Origin: a virus
Taxonomy: Duplodnaviria > Caudoviricetes
Virus record (IMG/VR): IMGVR_UViG_3300033233_000048
Location: 1 to 56,034 of that record
Strand: one strand, 5' to 3'
DNA: 56,034 nucleotides
The position numbers and the translations under genes were made by a program. Below are positions 37,488 to 46,266 of this stretch, in pieces. The notes under the pieces were generated by a model, which had not been told where the DNA came from, searched no databases, and saw only the letters and a list, made by a program, of their open reading frames with translations. How positions within the stretch are numbered: the first letter of the stretch is position 1; each line of letters starts with the position of its first letter.

Positions 37488-37817
37488 TTATGACCGAGGA
37501 AGCCGGACCTCCTGGACCTCCTCGATCCGGTCGAGTTCTGCCTCGGCTTGCTCGACTGTATGGATCAAGGCCACAACGCCGCCTGTGGCCTTGATCCTCT
37601 CCAAGTAATAAAGTTGCAGGCGAGTAGGTTTGCCAACTGCATCTCGTTTCACCTCGAATGCGCAGAAATGGCCGTGATAACACCCGAGAATATCGGGTAA
37701 TCCAGCCACCATGAATGGTGAACCATGCAACTTTATCCAGAAACCCCCCCTAGAACGAAGTCGTTCAAGTATCTTCTTGACGACTGTTCGTTCTAGAGGG
37801 GGTTTTCTGGTGTTCAC
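37488..37817 (-). CDS. VRR-NUC domain nuclease
   Basis: AGLPDILGC..F.AFEVKR..GKPT.LQ. Confidence 0.88.
   Translation of the reverse strand: MNTRKPPLERTVVKKILERLRSRGGFWIKLHGSPFMVAGLPDILGCYHGHFCAFEVKRDAVGKPTRLQLYYLERIKATGGVVALIHTVEQAEAELDRIEEVQEVRLPRS
37741..37806. repeat. Long imperfect inverted repeat just 3-prime of the tRNA
   Basis: AAACCCCCCCTAGAACGAAGTCGTTCAAG / CTTGACGACTGTTCGTTCTAGAGGGGGTTT. Confidence 0.7.
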
Positions 37818-37821
37818 TATA

Positions 37822-37905
37822 TGGTACCGGGAAAGGGATTCGAACCCTCACTCCTCGCGGAAACGGATTTTAAGTCCGCCGTGTCTGCCATTCCACCATC
37901 CCGGC
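37822..37905 (-). tRNA. tRNA-Leu(TAA) with encoded CCA
   Basis: GCCGGGATGGTGGAATGGCAGACACGGCGGACTTAAAATCCG...GGTTCGAATCCCTTTCCCGGTACCA; long variable arm. Confidence 0.95.
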
Positions 37906-38050
37906 ATTGTTCACTGGCGATCCCGGCTGTCCCTGATTTTCTACGGGCAATCTTGAGACGTCTCTCATATATCCTACGGGGGCACCTAGCAATGGGCTTC
38001 GTGATACCATGGTATCCTCTCAGCTTATGACTAGTAGGACCAGCTCTTAA

Positions 38051-38581
38051 CTAAAGATCGTCTAAATCGAGTTCCTCAAGATTCTCATCCTCGGTATCAG
38101 AATCAGTTTCTTCTGTGGTTTCTTTGTTCTCTTCAGTTACCTGGAAGGCATCCTTCTTGAAAGTAGCTTGGATCTTCGACTTTGTCTTGCCCTCATATTC
38201 ATCATCATCAAGTGTAGCTCCGATAATCAATCCTTTCTGGACAATGGCAGCAATCGGGACTTCAACTTGAGACTTAGGAACCTTAACTCCAAGATCCTCA
38301 AGGAAGTTACGTAGATTCCACAGGGCTTCTGGCTTAAGGCTGGTAACGTGCCAGATTGATCCAGCGTTCTTGTATTTGTCAGGGGCGTGAATCGTCAAAC
38401 GCCAGTTCAAATACTTAGAAGTTGCACCTTCCTTAGTCTTCAGTTCGCAACCTACTACCTTTAGAAGATAATCTCCTGTAGGCACATGGGCGGCCTTTCC
38501 GCCTTCGCGTCGATCCTCGACGTCACTAAAATCTACTGTGAGTTTAGATGGTAACTTCGGCGCCGGCATTGTTTTCTCCAT
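38051..38581 (-). CDS. Single-stranded DNA-binding protein (DUF669-like)
   Basis: VPTGDYLLKV, ALWNLRNFL; acidic C-terminal tail; next to the Sak4-like ATPase. Confidence 0.75.
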   Translation of the reverse strand: MEKTMPAPKLPSKLTVDFSDVEDRREGGKAAHVPTGDYLLKVVGCELKTKEGATSKYLNWRLTIHAPDKYKNAGSIWHVTSLKPEALWNLRNFLEDLGVKVPKSQVEVPIAAIVQKGLIIGATLDDDEYEGKTKSKIQATFKKDAFQVTEENKETTEETDSDTEDENLEELDLDDL

Positions 38582-39380
38582 AGATCCGATCGATGAATGA
38601 TTGGAGAGTTGGATTTCGTTCTATTGGTCTTAACTCCTCAAAACGATTACCAGATACATACTTCGGACGTGATCCAAGTAATATCCGTCGTTCCATGACC
38701 TTCTTTCCTTTGATCTCTACCTCACTTACGTAGATTCTACCAACAATATTAGTAGCTGAAAGGAGAACTGACCTCGGCGCCGGGGAGAGTTCTGGATGTG
38801 TCTCAATAAGTGTGTTACCCTCTTCATCTTCATCTGTAGTAGTCTTCTCTTGAGCATTGAAGATGATATGATACGGAAGGTTTCGGAACTTGATAATGGC
38901 ATCTTTCATAATTTCACCATTCTTCAAATAAACCCTCCTATCTGGAGTTAATGGATCACGAGACATATCTCGATCGAAATCATCCTTCAAGACCCATTTG
39001 ATACCAATTGACATCAACATTGTGATAGTATCAATGACGATTACTTGATAATCATGTTTGCCGCCACGAAGGAACCAGTAGATAGGATCAAGGTCTTCCC
39101 ATCTAGTTACTTCATAGACCTCCACATTCGGCCGCTTGCGAACTGAGGCGTAGCCCTTTTCATTGCAATCGATTATAAGTGTCTTCAAACTAGAAGAACA
39201 AGAGAAAACTGTCTTTCCTACTTTATTCCTTCCATAAAGACACATCTTGATGTATGGATCAACTTCCTTGGCTGATTTGATCTTACCTTGAGCGGTCGTT
39301 GCAGACTCATCCCTTTGCGTCTTCGTCGTCACTGACTTCGACGGTGTTAGAGTTACTGCCAACGTAATCCTCCTCTCCAA
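38544..39380 (-). CDS. AAA_24/Sak4-like recombination ATPase (true start probably about 50 nt downstream)
   Basis: LYGRNKVGKT, IIDCNEKG, VIVIDTIT. Confidence 0.85.
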   Translation of the reverse strand: MERRITLAVTLTPSKSVTTKTQRDESATTAQGKIKSAKEVDPYIKMCLYGRNKVGKTVFSCSSSLKTLIIDCNEKGYASVRKRPNVEVYEVTRWEDLDPIYWFLRGGKHDYQVIVIDTITMLMSIGIKWVLKDDFDRDMSRDPLTPDRRVYLKNGEIMKDAIIKFRNLPYHIIFNAQEKTTTDEDEEGNTLIETHPELSPAPRSVLLSATNIVGRIYVSEVEIKGKKVMERRILLGSRPKYVSGNRFEELRPIERNPTLQSFIDRIYGENNAGAEVTI

Positions 39381-40338
39381 TAATGAAATTAGTTTCCCGC
39401 ATCATAGTCGTGTCAAACCCATTAAGTTCGGCTCGGCAGAGATCATGATAAGGGCATTGAGTACTACATTCCCTTGTGATAGTCCTAGTGAATCGCTTAG
39501 TCGCCTGGGCCCTCTTCACCACAGACAAGGCGTCCAGTAGGACCTCTCGTGTAACGTGAGATTCTCTTGGGAGCCGGTAACGGCGAAGGAATGGTGATCT
39601 CTTTGACAATGGACGAAGTACATCCAGGAAGTCAGCTGGATTGAAGTTATTCGTCTTAAGAAACTTGAGAAGTGTAGGATAATCTGTCGCTACTTTACGT
39701 TTACTCAATGCTCCATCTTGGTTAAGTTTAGGAATAGACGGTGGTTTACTCCCAACATAATTGTAGATTACTCCGGCGATTTTAATTTTGAATTGAATCT
39801 CAACTGCCCACGGGTATAACATTAGTTGAGGATCCATCGCGTGATATGACGTCGGTTGTGGAATAACACTGGCTGACTTGTGATCTACTACCCAGAGTAG
39901 ACCATTTTCATCCTCAACAATGAGATCAAGTCTGCCCTTGAAAACGAACCTCTTTCCATTGACAACAAGAGGAGTTTCTACTTCAAGAAGCTGTTCTACC
40001 ATATATGGCTTCCAGCCATCATTCCGATAGTACCAGGCATACGATCGCATGATCCGCTCAACTGCCTGTGGTAGTGGACCAAACTTCTTGCTTAATAGTT
40101 GTTTCTCTTCATCAAAGAGTTTGTTCCAATCAGCTACATACTCGTTGTGACCAATCTTCCAATCACTTTGTGCGTAGTATGTTTCTAGTGCCTTATGAAT
40201 CCAAGACCCCGTATAGAGTGGTCTTGCTCGTTGTTTAGATTGTAGTAGTTGAACATACTTGTATTCATAAGATTTGGGGCAGCGATTGAAAGTTTTAATC
40301 CTTGACTGATTGAAAGTAATCCTTTCTAATTCAATCAT
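39307..40338 (-). CDS. PD-(D/E)XK exonuclease (Cas4/RecB-like)
   Basis: S.IKTFNRCP, GSWIH.ALE, GRLDLI..VVDHKS, QLMLY, C..CPY..LC. Confidence 0.88.
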   Translation of the reverse strand: MIELERITFNQSRIKTFNRCPKSYEYKYVQLLQSKQRARPLYTGSWIHKALETYYAQSDWKIGHNEYVADWNKLFDEEKQLLSKKFGPLPQAVERIMRSYAWYYRNDGWKPYMVEQLLEVETPLVVNGKRFVFKGRLDLIVEDENGLLWVVDHKSASVIPQPTSYHAMDPQLMLYPWAVEIQFKIKIAGVIYNYVGSKPPSIPKLNQDGALSKRKVATDYPTLLKFLKTNNFNPADFLDVLRPLSKRSPFLRRYRLPRESHVTREVLLDALSVVKRAQATKRFTRTITRECSTQCPYHDLCRAELNGFDTTMMRETNFIIGEEDYVGSNSNTVEVSDDEDAKG

Positions 40339-40756
40339 CTAACCACTTCCTGAGATATGCTGTTAATGCTTCCGCAAGTTCTGGATCATCTGACAGGAAA
40401 CCAATTGCTAGATTGCAATCTTGGCAAATGATACCACGTGATCGATTTGTCTGGTGATTATGATCTTGAGATAAAGCTTTCAATCTTCCACTGCCATTAG
40501 CTCGTCTGCTTTCTAATTTCTTACAGACTGCACAAACTCCACCTTGAAGCTGAAGAGTACTCTGATACTGTTCAACTGAAATACCTAGTTTATAAAGCCT
40601 TCTTTTAAGTCTCTGTTCTGGTTGTTTAATAAAAGCTTGGTGTCTACGCTTCTTTATCTTCAGTCCACAATCGTCGCAATATCTCTGAGCATTAGATTGA
40701 GGAAAGTACGTAGTACTGCATTCTTGACAAATTCCTAGTTCTGCTATCGCCGCCAA
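40331..40756 (-). CDS. Endonuclease VII-family (His-Me) nuclease with N-terminal Zn ribbon
   Basis: QGGVCAVC, DHNHQTN..RGIICQDCNLAIG. Confidence 0.85.
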   Translation of the reverse strand: MAAIAELGICQECSTTYFPQSNAQRYCDDCGLKIKKRRHQAFIKQPEQRLKRRLYKLGISVEQYQSTLQLQGGVCAVCKKLESRRANGSGRLKALSQDHNHQTNRSRGIICQDCNLAIGFLSDDPELAEALTAYLRKWLDD

Positions 40757-40788
40757 GGATATCTCCTGGTCTATTTTGCCTTCATTAT

Positions 40789-40817
40789 ATTATACCAAAC
40801 TGCTAAACCTTTGTCAA
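40789..40817 (-). promoter_or_regulatory. Sigma70-type promoter, class B
   Basis: TTGACA-aaggtttagcagtttgg-TATAAT on the - strand. Confidence 0.85.
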
Positions 40818-40942
40818 GGTTCATACTTCCTGCATCCACAAACAGAACACCCAGTCTTCGTCGGTACTCCTATCTGCTTTCTCTCTGTATGCAAGTTCTT
40901 AGGATGACCGCACCACAGACAGTGGCCTCTGCCATGACTCAT
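40814..40942 (-). CDS. Small Cys/His-rich protein (42 aa, not in ORF track)
   Basis: MSHGRGHCLWCGHPKNLH...CSVCGC; ATGA overlap with the polA stop. Confidence 0.55.
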   Translation of the reverse strand: MSHGRGHCLWCGHPKNLHTERKQIGVPTKTGCSVCGCRKYEP

Positions 40943-43350
40943 TTCTCACCCCAATGTTGAGATATAACTACTTCTGCTTCGATCGGAATTGTCGGTGAGA
41001 ATCCGAACAATCGCTTCAATGGCAGATTCTCCATCACCTGTTTAACTAACGTAGCTACTTCTTCTACAACATCTTCACGGGCTTCGAGTAGGACGGAGTC
41101 GTGTACATTCCCGATAATCCTGGCGGATCTTCGATCAGTAAGACGACTCGAGAGGATGACCATTGAGAGGATGGTGAGATCTGATGCGAAACCTTGAACA
41201 GGAGCATTGATAGCTTCTCTCTCAGCTTCCCCCTGAACCCCCTCATCTGTGGATAAAATGGTAGGAAGATGACGAATCCGTCCAATGGGACTTTGAACGA
41301 ATTGAAGGTTTCGAACGAGGCGCCGTTGACGATCATGCCAGGCCGGTAATCCTCGATATTGGTCAAAGAATGCTTGACGATAGGCTTTTGCTTCATCATC
41401 ACTTACCTTAATCTGGAATTTCTCATCGGCATAAGTTCTGAATTTTTTCCAGCCCATCCCATAAAGGAAGCCGAAGTTAACAGCCTTCGCCATCTTCCTT
41501 TCTTCCTTGGTGACTTCTGCCGGAGGCTTGTTCAGGACTTTAACTGCTGTTTCAAGGTGTGGATCACCGCCTGTAGTGAATGCATGCGTGAGTGCTGAGT
41601 CCCTGGAAAACATAGCAGCAATGCGGAGTTCGACTTGAGAAAAGTCAGCCTCAATGAATTTCCATCCTGGTCGACTCCCGATGATACTTCGAATGTATAT
41701 ATCCCTGGGCACCTGTTGCATATCTGATGATAAACGCCCGGTGACAGTTCCGGAGAGATTATAAGAGGTGTAAAGTCGTGGCTTGCGAGCAACTCCAATT
41801 CGAGCAAGCCAGTTTCGAGTATAGGTTGATTCATACTTCTGCCATTTTCTTAACTCCATTAATAGATCAACTGCTTCGTGTTTCTTTCGAAGCTGGAGGA
41901 GTACTGACTCCGCTGTGGAAGGTCTTCCAGATTTTGGTGATACAACGATAACTGGTAGTTTCAGATATTCAAAGAAAAACCAACCGAGGAAAACAACTGA
42001 ACGTAAGTTAGCGATTCCCTTCTTCTCTTCTGGTACAAATGAAAGAATCTTATCTTCAGTCTCTGCAATTATCTGTTTAATCTCAGTATGACGTTGACGA
42101 AGTCGTTCCATGTCCACAGGAAAACCGTTAGTTTCTAGATCAATGAACGCTCGACACGCCGGCATCATTAGTTTCGTGAAAAGACGGTGAAGTCTTGGTT
42201 GTTTCTTTAACTCTTCTCTGAACAGATGGTATAAACGGAGAGTGTAATCGGCATCTTTTCCATTGTAGATAGCGAGCCGAGTAAGTCCCGTAACAGAATT
42301 AAAACTGACCCCAGTTTCGTAATCATCAGCGCCAAGATAAGTTCTGGCAAGAGGTTTAAGTCCTCCAGGTCGATTTTCATCGAGGAGATGTGCGGCAAGT
42401 TTCGTGTCAAAGTGAGCATAGAGTTCTACTCCTTTAGCTGCCATCCATTGACAATCAAACTTGATGTTATGTCCAACCATTCGTTTCCCAGCCAGAGCCA
42501 CACTGAGTGCTTCGTAAACCCGATCAATGGGGATATCCCATTCAATTTCTGGGTGTTCAAGACCCACAACGTAAGATTTACCTGGTTCCCAGGAGAAGGC
42601 AGCGGTATGAATAACTCCGTCTGGTGCCCAAGGTTCAAGCCCTCCTCGGTCACGAGTCATCTCCTTTGTTCCAGTCTCAACATCGAATGAAATTGGTGTT
42701 TCCACAGAGGCTAATATTTGGCAGAACTTAGCTAGTCCCTTCGATGATCGGATAAGTGCAGTTTGAGTTTCCGGGCGCCGATCTTGTCCATTGACAAGGC
42801 GGACAAAGGACAGCAAGTCGGCCTTGAAGATGCCCTCATGCGCCGGATTTCTTAGGACGGCCGCTGGATGTATAGTAGCAAAGACTGTTCGCCCATTAAT
42901 CTGCTTAGCGATCCCTCGTTTAGACATAATTCCTGTGGAACCGGTTATCGCTTGGAGAGCGGCATTTCCCAGAAGAAGGATATATTGAGGATTAACAATA
43001 TCAAGTTCACGTTGCATGAAAGTTGCGCAAGTCTTGATCTCGGTCCTTGTCGGTGTCCGATTATCTGGCGGGCGACAGCGAACCGCATTGGTGATATAGA
43101 CAGAGGCTCTAGATAATCCGACTTCCGATAAAATCCTATCCAAATACTGGCCAGCGACCCCTGAAAATGGGCGTTCAATATCATCTTCCCGTGCACCTGG
43201 AGCCTCTCCAATCAACATGATCTTGTTTGGAACTGGGCCGTCACCTAGAAGACAGACAGTTCTTGCTTCTTTATGAAGTGAACAGAGAGTACAATTCTGA
43301 TCTCTGACTGGAAGCCAGACTAGTTCTCTTGCTTGTGGATTAAGTGTCAT
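40939..43350 (-). CDS. polA: Family A DNA polymerase with N-terminal family-4 uracil-DNA glycosylase domain and 3-5 exonuclease
   Basis: UDG: CTLC, IGEAPG, PFSG.AG, TNAVRCRPP.NRTP, HPAA. Exo: FDVET, HNIKFD. Pol: TGRLSS, ADFSQVELR, RKMAKAVNFGFLYG, VHDS. Confidence 0.95.
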   Translation of the reverse strand: MTLNPQARELVWLPVRDQNCTLCSLHKEARTVCLLGDGPVPNKIMLIGEAPGAREDDIERPFSGVAGQYLDRILSEVGLSRASVYITNAVRCRPPDNRTPTRTEIKTCATFMQRELDIVNPQYILLLGNAALQAITGSTGIMSKRGIAKQINGRTVFATIHPAAVLRNPAHEGIFKADLLSFVRLVNGQDRRPETQTALIRSSKGLAKFCQILASVETPISFDVETGTKEMTRDRGGLEPWAPDGVIHTAAFSWEPGKSYVVGLEHPEIEWDIPIDRVYEALSVALAGKRMVGHNIKFDCQWMAAKGVELYAHFDTKLAAHLLDENRPGGLKPLARTYLGADDYETGVSFNSVTGLTRLAIYNGKDADYTLRLYHLFREELKKQPRLHRLFTKLMMPACRAFIDLETNGFPVDMERLRQRHTEIKQIIAETEDKILSFVPEEKKGIANLRSVVFLGWFFFEYLKLPVIVVSPKSGRPSTAESVLLQLRKKHEAVDLLMELRKWQKYESTYTRNWLARIGVARKPRLYTSYNLSGTVTGRLSSDMQQVPRDIYIRSIIGSRPGWKFIEADFSQVELRIAAMFSRDSALTHAFTTGGDPHLETAVKVLNKPPAEVTKEERKMAKAVNFGFLYGMGWKKFRTYADEKFQIKVSDDEAKAYRQAFFDQYRGLPAWHDRQRRLVRNLQFVQSPIGRIRHLPTILSTDEGVQGEAEREAINAPVQGFASDLTILSMVILSSRLTDRRSARIIGNVHDSVLLEAREDVVEEVATLVKQVMENLPLKRLFGFSPTIPIEAEVVISQHWGEK

Positions 43351-43841
43351 ATTACTCTCACTTGTTCAGCTCCATCAGGAACAGGAATTTGCCAGATACC
43401 AATCCCGGCAGTGACGAGGAGTGCAAGTCCACTAGTATCTCTATATGGAGTTTCGAAATAAACTGCGATAATACCAGCATTAATAATGAGTTTAGCGCAT
43501 TCGAGACATGGTGAATGAGTACAGTAGAGTTTAGATCCATCAGTACTCGTTCCAGCCCTAGCAGCAAAAGAAATTGCATTCGCTTCGGCATGAACTGTTC
43601 TGGTGCATCCCCCATGATTACCAACTTCACATCCAACAGTTGTGCAATGAGGAAGTCCAGAAGGTGCTCCAACATATCCTGTTGAGATGATTCTTCCTTC
43701 TCTTGCAATTACAGCCCCTACTGAAGCCCGTTCACAGGTACCTCTGAGAGAGATGACTGTGGCAGTTCTCATTAACATTTCTTCTCTACTGATCCTAGAA
43801 GACATCAACCACATCTTTCTTATAAACGTGAAGAGAACCAA
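43347..43841 (-). CDS. dCMP deaminase (ComEB-like); start probably near 43806
   Basis: VGAVI, TGYVG.P, HAEANAI, SPCLECAK. Confidence 0.92.
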   Translation of the reverse strand: MVLFTFIRKMWLMSSRISREEMLMRTATVISLRGTCERASVGAVIAREGRIISTGYVGAPSGLPHCTTVGCEVGNHGGCTRTVHAEANAISFAARAGTSTDGSKLYCTHSPCLECAKLIINAGIIAVYFETPYRDTSGLALLVTAGIGIWQIPVPDGAEQVRVI

Positions 43842-44493
43842 TCCAATGCGTGAAAAATCCAGGTTGTATTTCTATAAGTTCTGCAATATATCGCTGCAGT
43901 TTGTGGGTAAGATACATATCATTCGCTAAGTGTGTGAAGTAATCTCCTGACCGCTGTAGATACGTGATATGGAGTTTTCTATTTCGCAAAGCGAACCAGT
44001 ACCCCAATGAACAAGGGACACGTCGTTGCCCGAGTTGTTCATTGTCCAACTCCCTCCACACTGGCATGAAAAGCTGGCGGGAATCTGGATGCTTCCGTAA
44101 TTCATCAACGATGGAAATGAGAGTTCCTTTCGAAGAATTCTGAAACTTTCGATATCTTTCTCCGTAAGTGTAACCGAAACCACGGTCTGCAAATTCCTGC
44201 CAGATTTCTGGCCTGAGACGCCAAGCGGATAGTGACTCATCATCCGGCCCCAATCCCTGTAATCTTTCTTCAAATTCAGCTTCGCACCAATCTACATTAG
44301 CAACGTTATACAGGTCAGTTAGATCTGGTTTGGTCACAGTATAGATCATATTCAGATATTCTTGGGTTTGATATTCTGGATCGTCCGCGATCTGTTTATC
44401 TTGCATCGTTTGTGGATGAACTTTCATACCGAGTTCAGCGATATCCCGTTTCAATTCATCAAGAGCCTCTGGGAAATTCCTATAGATTCTCAA
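43795..44493 (-). CDS. Thymidylate-synthase-fold enzyme with a dCMP-type specificity residue
   Basis: YTYGER, PDSRQ, RVPC, YLQRSGDYFTHLAND, HWIGSLHVY. Confidence 0.85.
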   Translation of the reverse strand: MRIYRNFPEALDELKRDIAELGMKVHPQTMQDKQIADDPEYQTQEYLNMIYTVTKPDLTDLYNVANVDWCEAEFEERLQGLGPDDESLSAWRLRPEIWQEFADRGFGYTYGERYRKFQNSSKGTLISIVDELRKHPDSRQLFMPVWRELDNEQLGQRRVPCSLGYWFALRNRKLHITYLQRSGDYFTHLANDMYLTHKLQRYIAELIEIQPGFFTHWIGSLHVYKKDVVDVF

Positions 44494-45371
44494 ATCGTCG
44501 CCTCCCCGATGTCAAGAATTCCAGACCCACGTTTACCTTCACCTGTTAAAACAAGAGTAGAAGCTTGTTGCGAAGTAAGTTTGCGATTAACTCTCCTATG
44601 TGTCGCCCACCCTTTTAGAACTAGATTCGCCACAGGGAAAGAACGGTACTCTCCAGCTTGTGCGTTCTCAAATTTCGTCTTCCATCTACGGGCAGCTCTC
44701 CATTTAATCTCTTCTTCTGGTCTATTCATATATTCATGATAGTATCTGACTGAATCACCGATTCTACCATCATGCTTCATAAATTCTTCGAGGCGTCCGA
44801 AGGTGTAGAGGGTAGCAACTGTTTCAACGGTTTTGATGATGAAGTTTGGGCAGTAGATCCGAAGCCTGATATCTTCCTGATCAATGCCCATACGTTCAGC
44901 AAGTTTGCGAGCGACGAAATCAGAAAGCGCGTAATCGGCGACTCCTGAGAAACCGAGTGACTGGGCTCGTGTATAGAGAGTGAGAGTTGCAGGTTTAGGC
45001 TGCCGTCTGAAGCTGAAGCCGAGTAGACAGTTACCCCATTGGTGGACCGCCTTCTGACCCCCGAAATTTGGCGGAACGATTCTGAATGTCCAGAGGGCAT
45101 CATAGGTTCTCACATTCATGGCATTGTTCACCCAGGCGTGTAGAGTTTCTGGGTCAACATATTGCCCGGTAAACTTCGTCCATTTCGTCGGCGTCAAACC
45201 AATCTTACCAAGATCAAAGTCGAAAACAGCTGACTTGGCTTCCATCTGATTACCGAAAGAGTGAATAATGTTACGTTGATAATAGTCAATGTAACCTGGT
45301 TTATCTTCGAGCATACCAAAGTATGCCCCTTCCCACATAGCTTTGATATCAGGAAATTCTTCGATAATCAT
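44490..45371 (-). CDS. Divergent second thymidylate-synthase-fold protein
   Basis: GNCLLGFSF and LYTRAQSLGFSGVADY align with the TS catalytic Cys and the RSxD...(N/D) segment; ATGA-coupled to the first TS. Confidence 0.6.
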   Translation of the reverse strand: MIIEEFPDIKAMWEGAYFGMLEDKPGYIDYYQRNIIHSFGNQMEAKSAVFDFDLGKIGLTPTKWTKFTGQYVDPETLHAWVNNAMNVRTYDALWTFRIVPPNFGGQKAVHQWGNCLLGFSFRRQPKPATLTLYTRAQSLGFSGVADYALSDFVARKLAERMGIDQEDIRLRIYCPNFIIKTVETVATLYTFGRLEEFMKHDGRIGDSVRYYHEYMNRPEEEIKWRAARRWKTKFENAQAGEYRSFPVANLVLKGWATHRRVNRKLTSQQASTLVLTGEGKRGSGILDIGEATI

Positions 45372-45625
45372 CCGCGATCAGAGTCTAAATTAGCTTCACG
45401 ACGACGCTCATCTTCAATTCTATTACACTGCATCACCATCGAGTCAATGAATTCATTTGGTCTGATTACACCTGTCAGATAAAGTAAGTTGAGGATTACC
45501 GAAATCTCAGCTCGAAGTACAGTTGCTTCTCCATATTTTCCAACTAATTCATCTCGATTGACAGACTTCCGATACATCTCGCTCTGTGGCATTGGAACCC
45601 AAATCTTGCGTTTATCAATACTCAT
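45368..45625 (-). CDS. Hypothetical protein in the nucleotide-metabolism operon
   Basis: Coupled to both neighbours. Confidence 0.65.
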   Translation of the reverse strand: MSIDKRKIWVPMPQSEMYRKSVNRDELVGKYGEATVLRAEISVILNLLYLTGVIRPNEFIDSMVMQCNRIEDERRREANLDSDRG

Positions 45626-46069
45626 CTAGTAGTTACTCTCCTGTCGGAACTTATTGACTTCGGACTTCTTGAAGTAGAGTTTGTAAACCATCTCAGCGTC
45701 TAGTCCGACGATCAGGCAGAGTCTAACGAAAAAGTGGAGTGCATCCATCAACTCTTCGTAGAAGTGGGCTTGATCTGTCAAGACATGAGTTGTCTTCCAT
45801 GGCTTATTCTTCAAGCAGTTAGTTGCTTCGCTGATCTCTTCAATCATACGATAAGCGGCATCTTTGATATACCACTGAGAGACTGGATCATCCAGATCTA
45901 CATCAAGTCCCCTGTGGAGAGTATATCCATTAGCGATTTCAATTTCATCATACTTCCCCTCAAGTTCCTTCTGACGCTCAAAGATAGCTTCAAACATATC
46001 TCTAATACGGACAGGACCTGACCAAGTCTCAGGAGCTTCAGTTTTGATATCGTTAATGTTCACTGACAA
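45626..46069 (-). CDS. Dimeric all-alpha dUTPase/dCTPase
   Basis: EEISE, KPWK, EELMDALHF, KKSEVNKFRQESNY. Confidence 0.85.
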   Translation of the reverse strand: MSVNINDIKTEAPETWSGPVRIRDMFEAIFERQKELEGKYDEIEIANGYTLHRGLDVDLDDPVSQWYIKDAAYRMIEEISEATNCLKNKPWKTTHVLTDQAHFYEELMDALHFFVRLCLIVGLDAEMVYKLYFKKSEVNKFRQESNY

Positions 46070-46266
46070 TTCCGACAGAGGTAATAATTGGATACTGTTT
46101 CTTGGAACTCAAGCGGATTATGAGATTTAACCGGTTCCATTCGACGACCACATTTAGTGATGGCTGCATCTTCAATGAATGATTCTACTAGATGCCAAAA
46201 AGTAATTTGGCGTCTCTTACTTCCATAAGCAGTAATCCGACAAACCCATTGTCCGATGTTTGGCAT
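46060..46266 (-). CDS. Small Zn-binding protein
   Basis: WH...TKCG...CRNC; GGAGG RBS. Confidence 0.6.
   Translation of the reverse strand: MPNIGQWVCRITAYGSKRRQITFWHLVESFIEDAAITKCGRRMEPVKSHNPLEFQETVSNYYLCRNCQ

Noticed and set aside
37822-37905. tRNA as attP for integration
   Set aside because: No integrase or recombinase recognised in an apparently complete genome.
37821-38030. ORFs 37821..38030 and 37711..37956
   Set aside because: They are antisense translations of the tRNA and its flanks.
37960-38040. TPP riboswitch or hammerhead variant (GCTGAGAG...CGAAG, CGTAGG on the - strand)
   Set aside because: Lacks the ACCUGA and UAAU elements of TPP and deviates twice from the hammerhead core.
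39307-40338. Cas4 as a sign of CRISPR-Cas
   Set aside because: No array or other cas genes. The context is the usual exonuclease-Sak4-SSB module.
40331-40756. Endo VII gene as part of an intron or intein
   Set aside because: It is free-standing with its own promoter, and neighbouring genes are uninterrupted.
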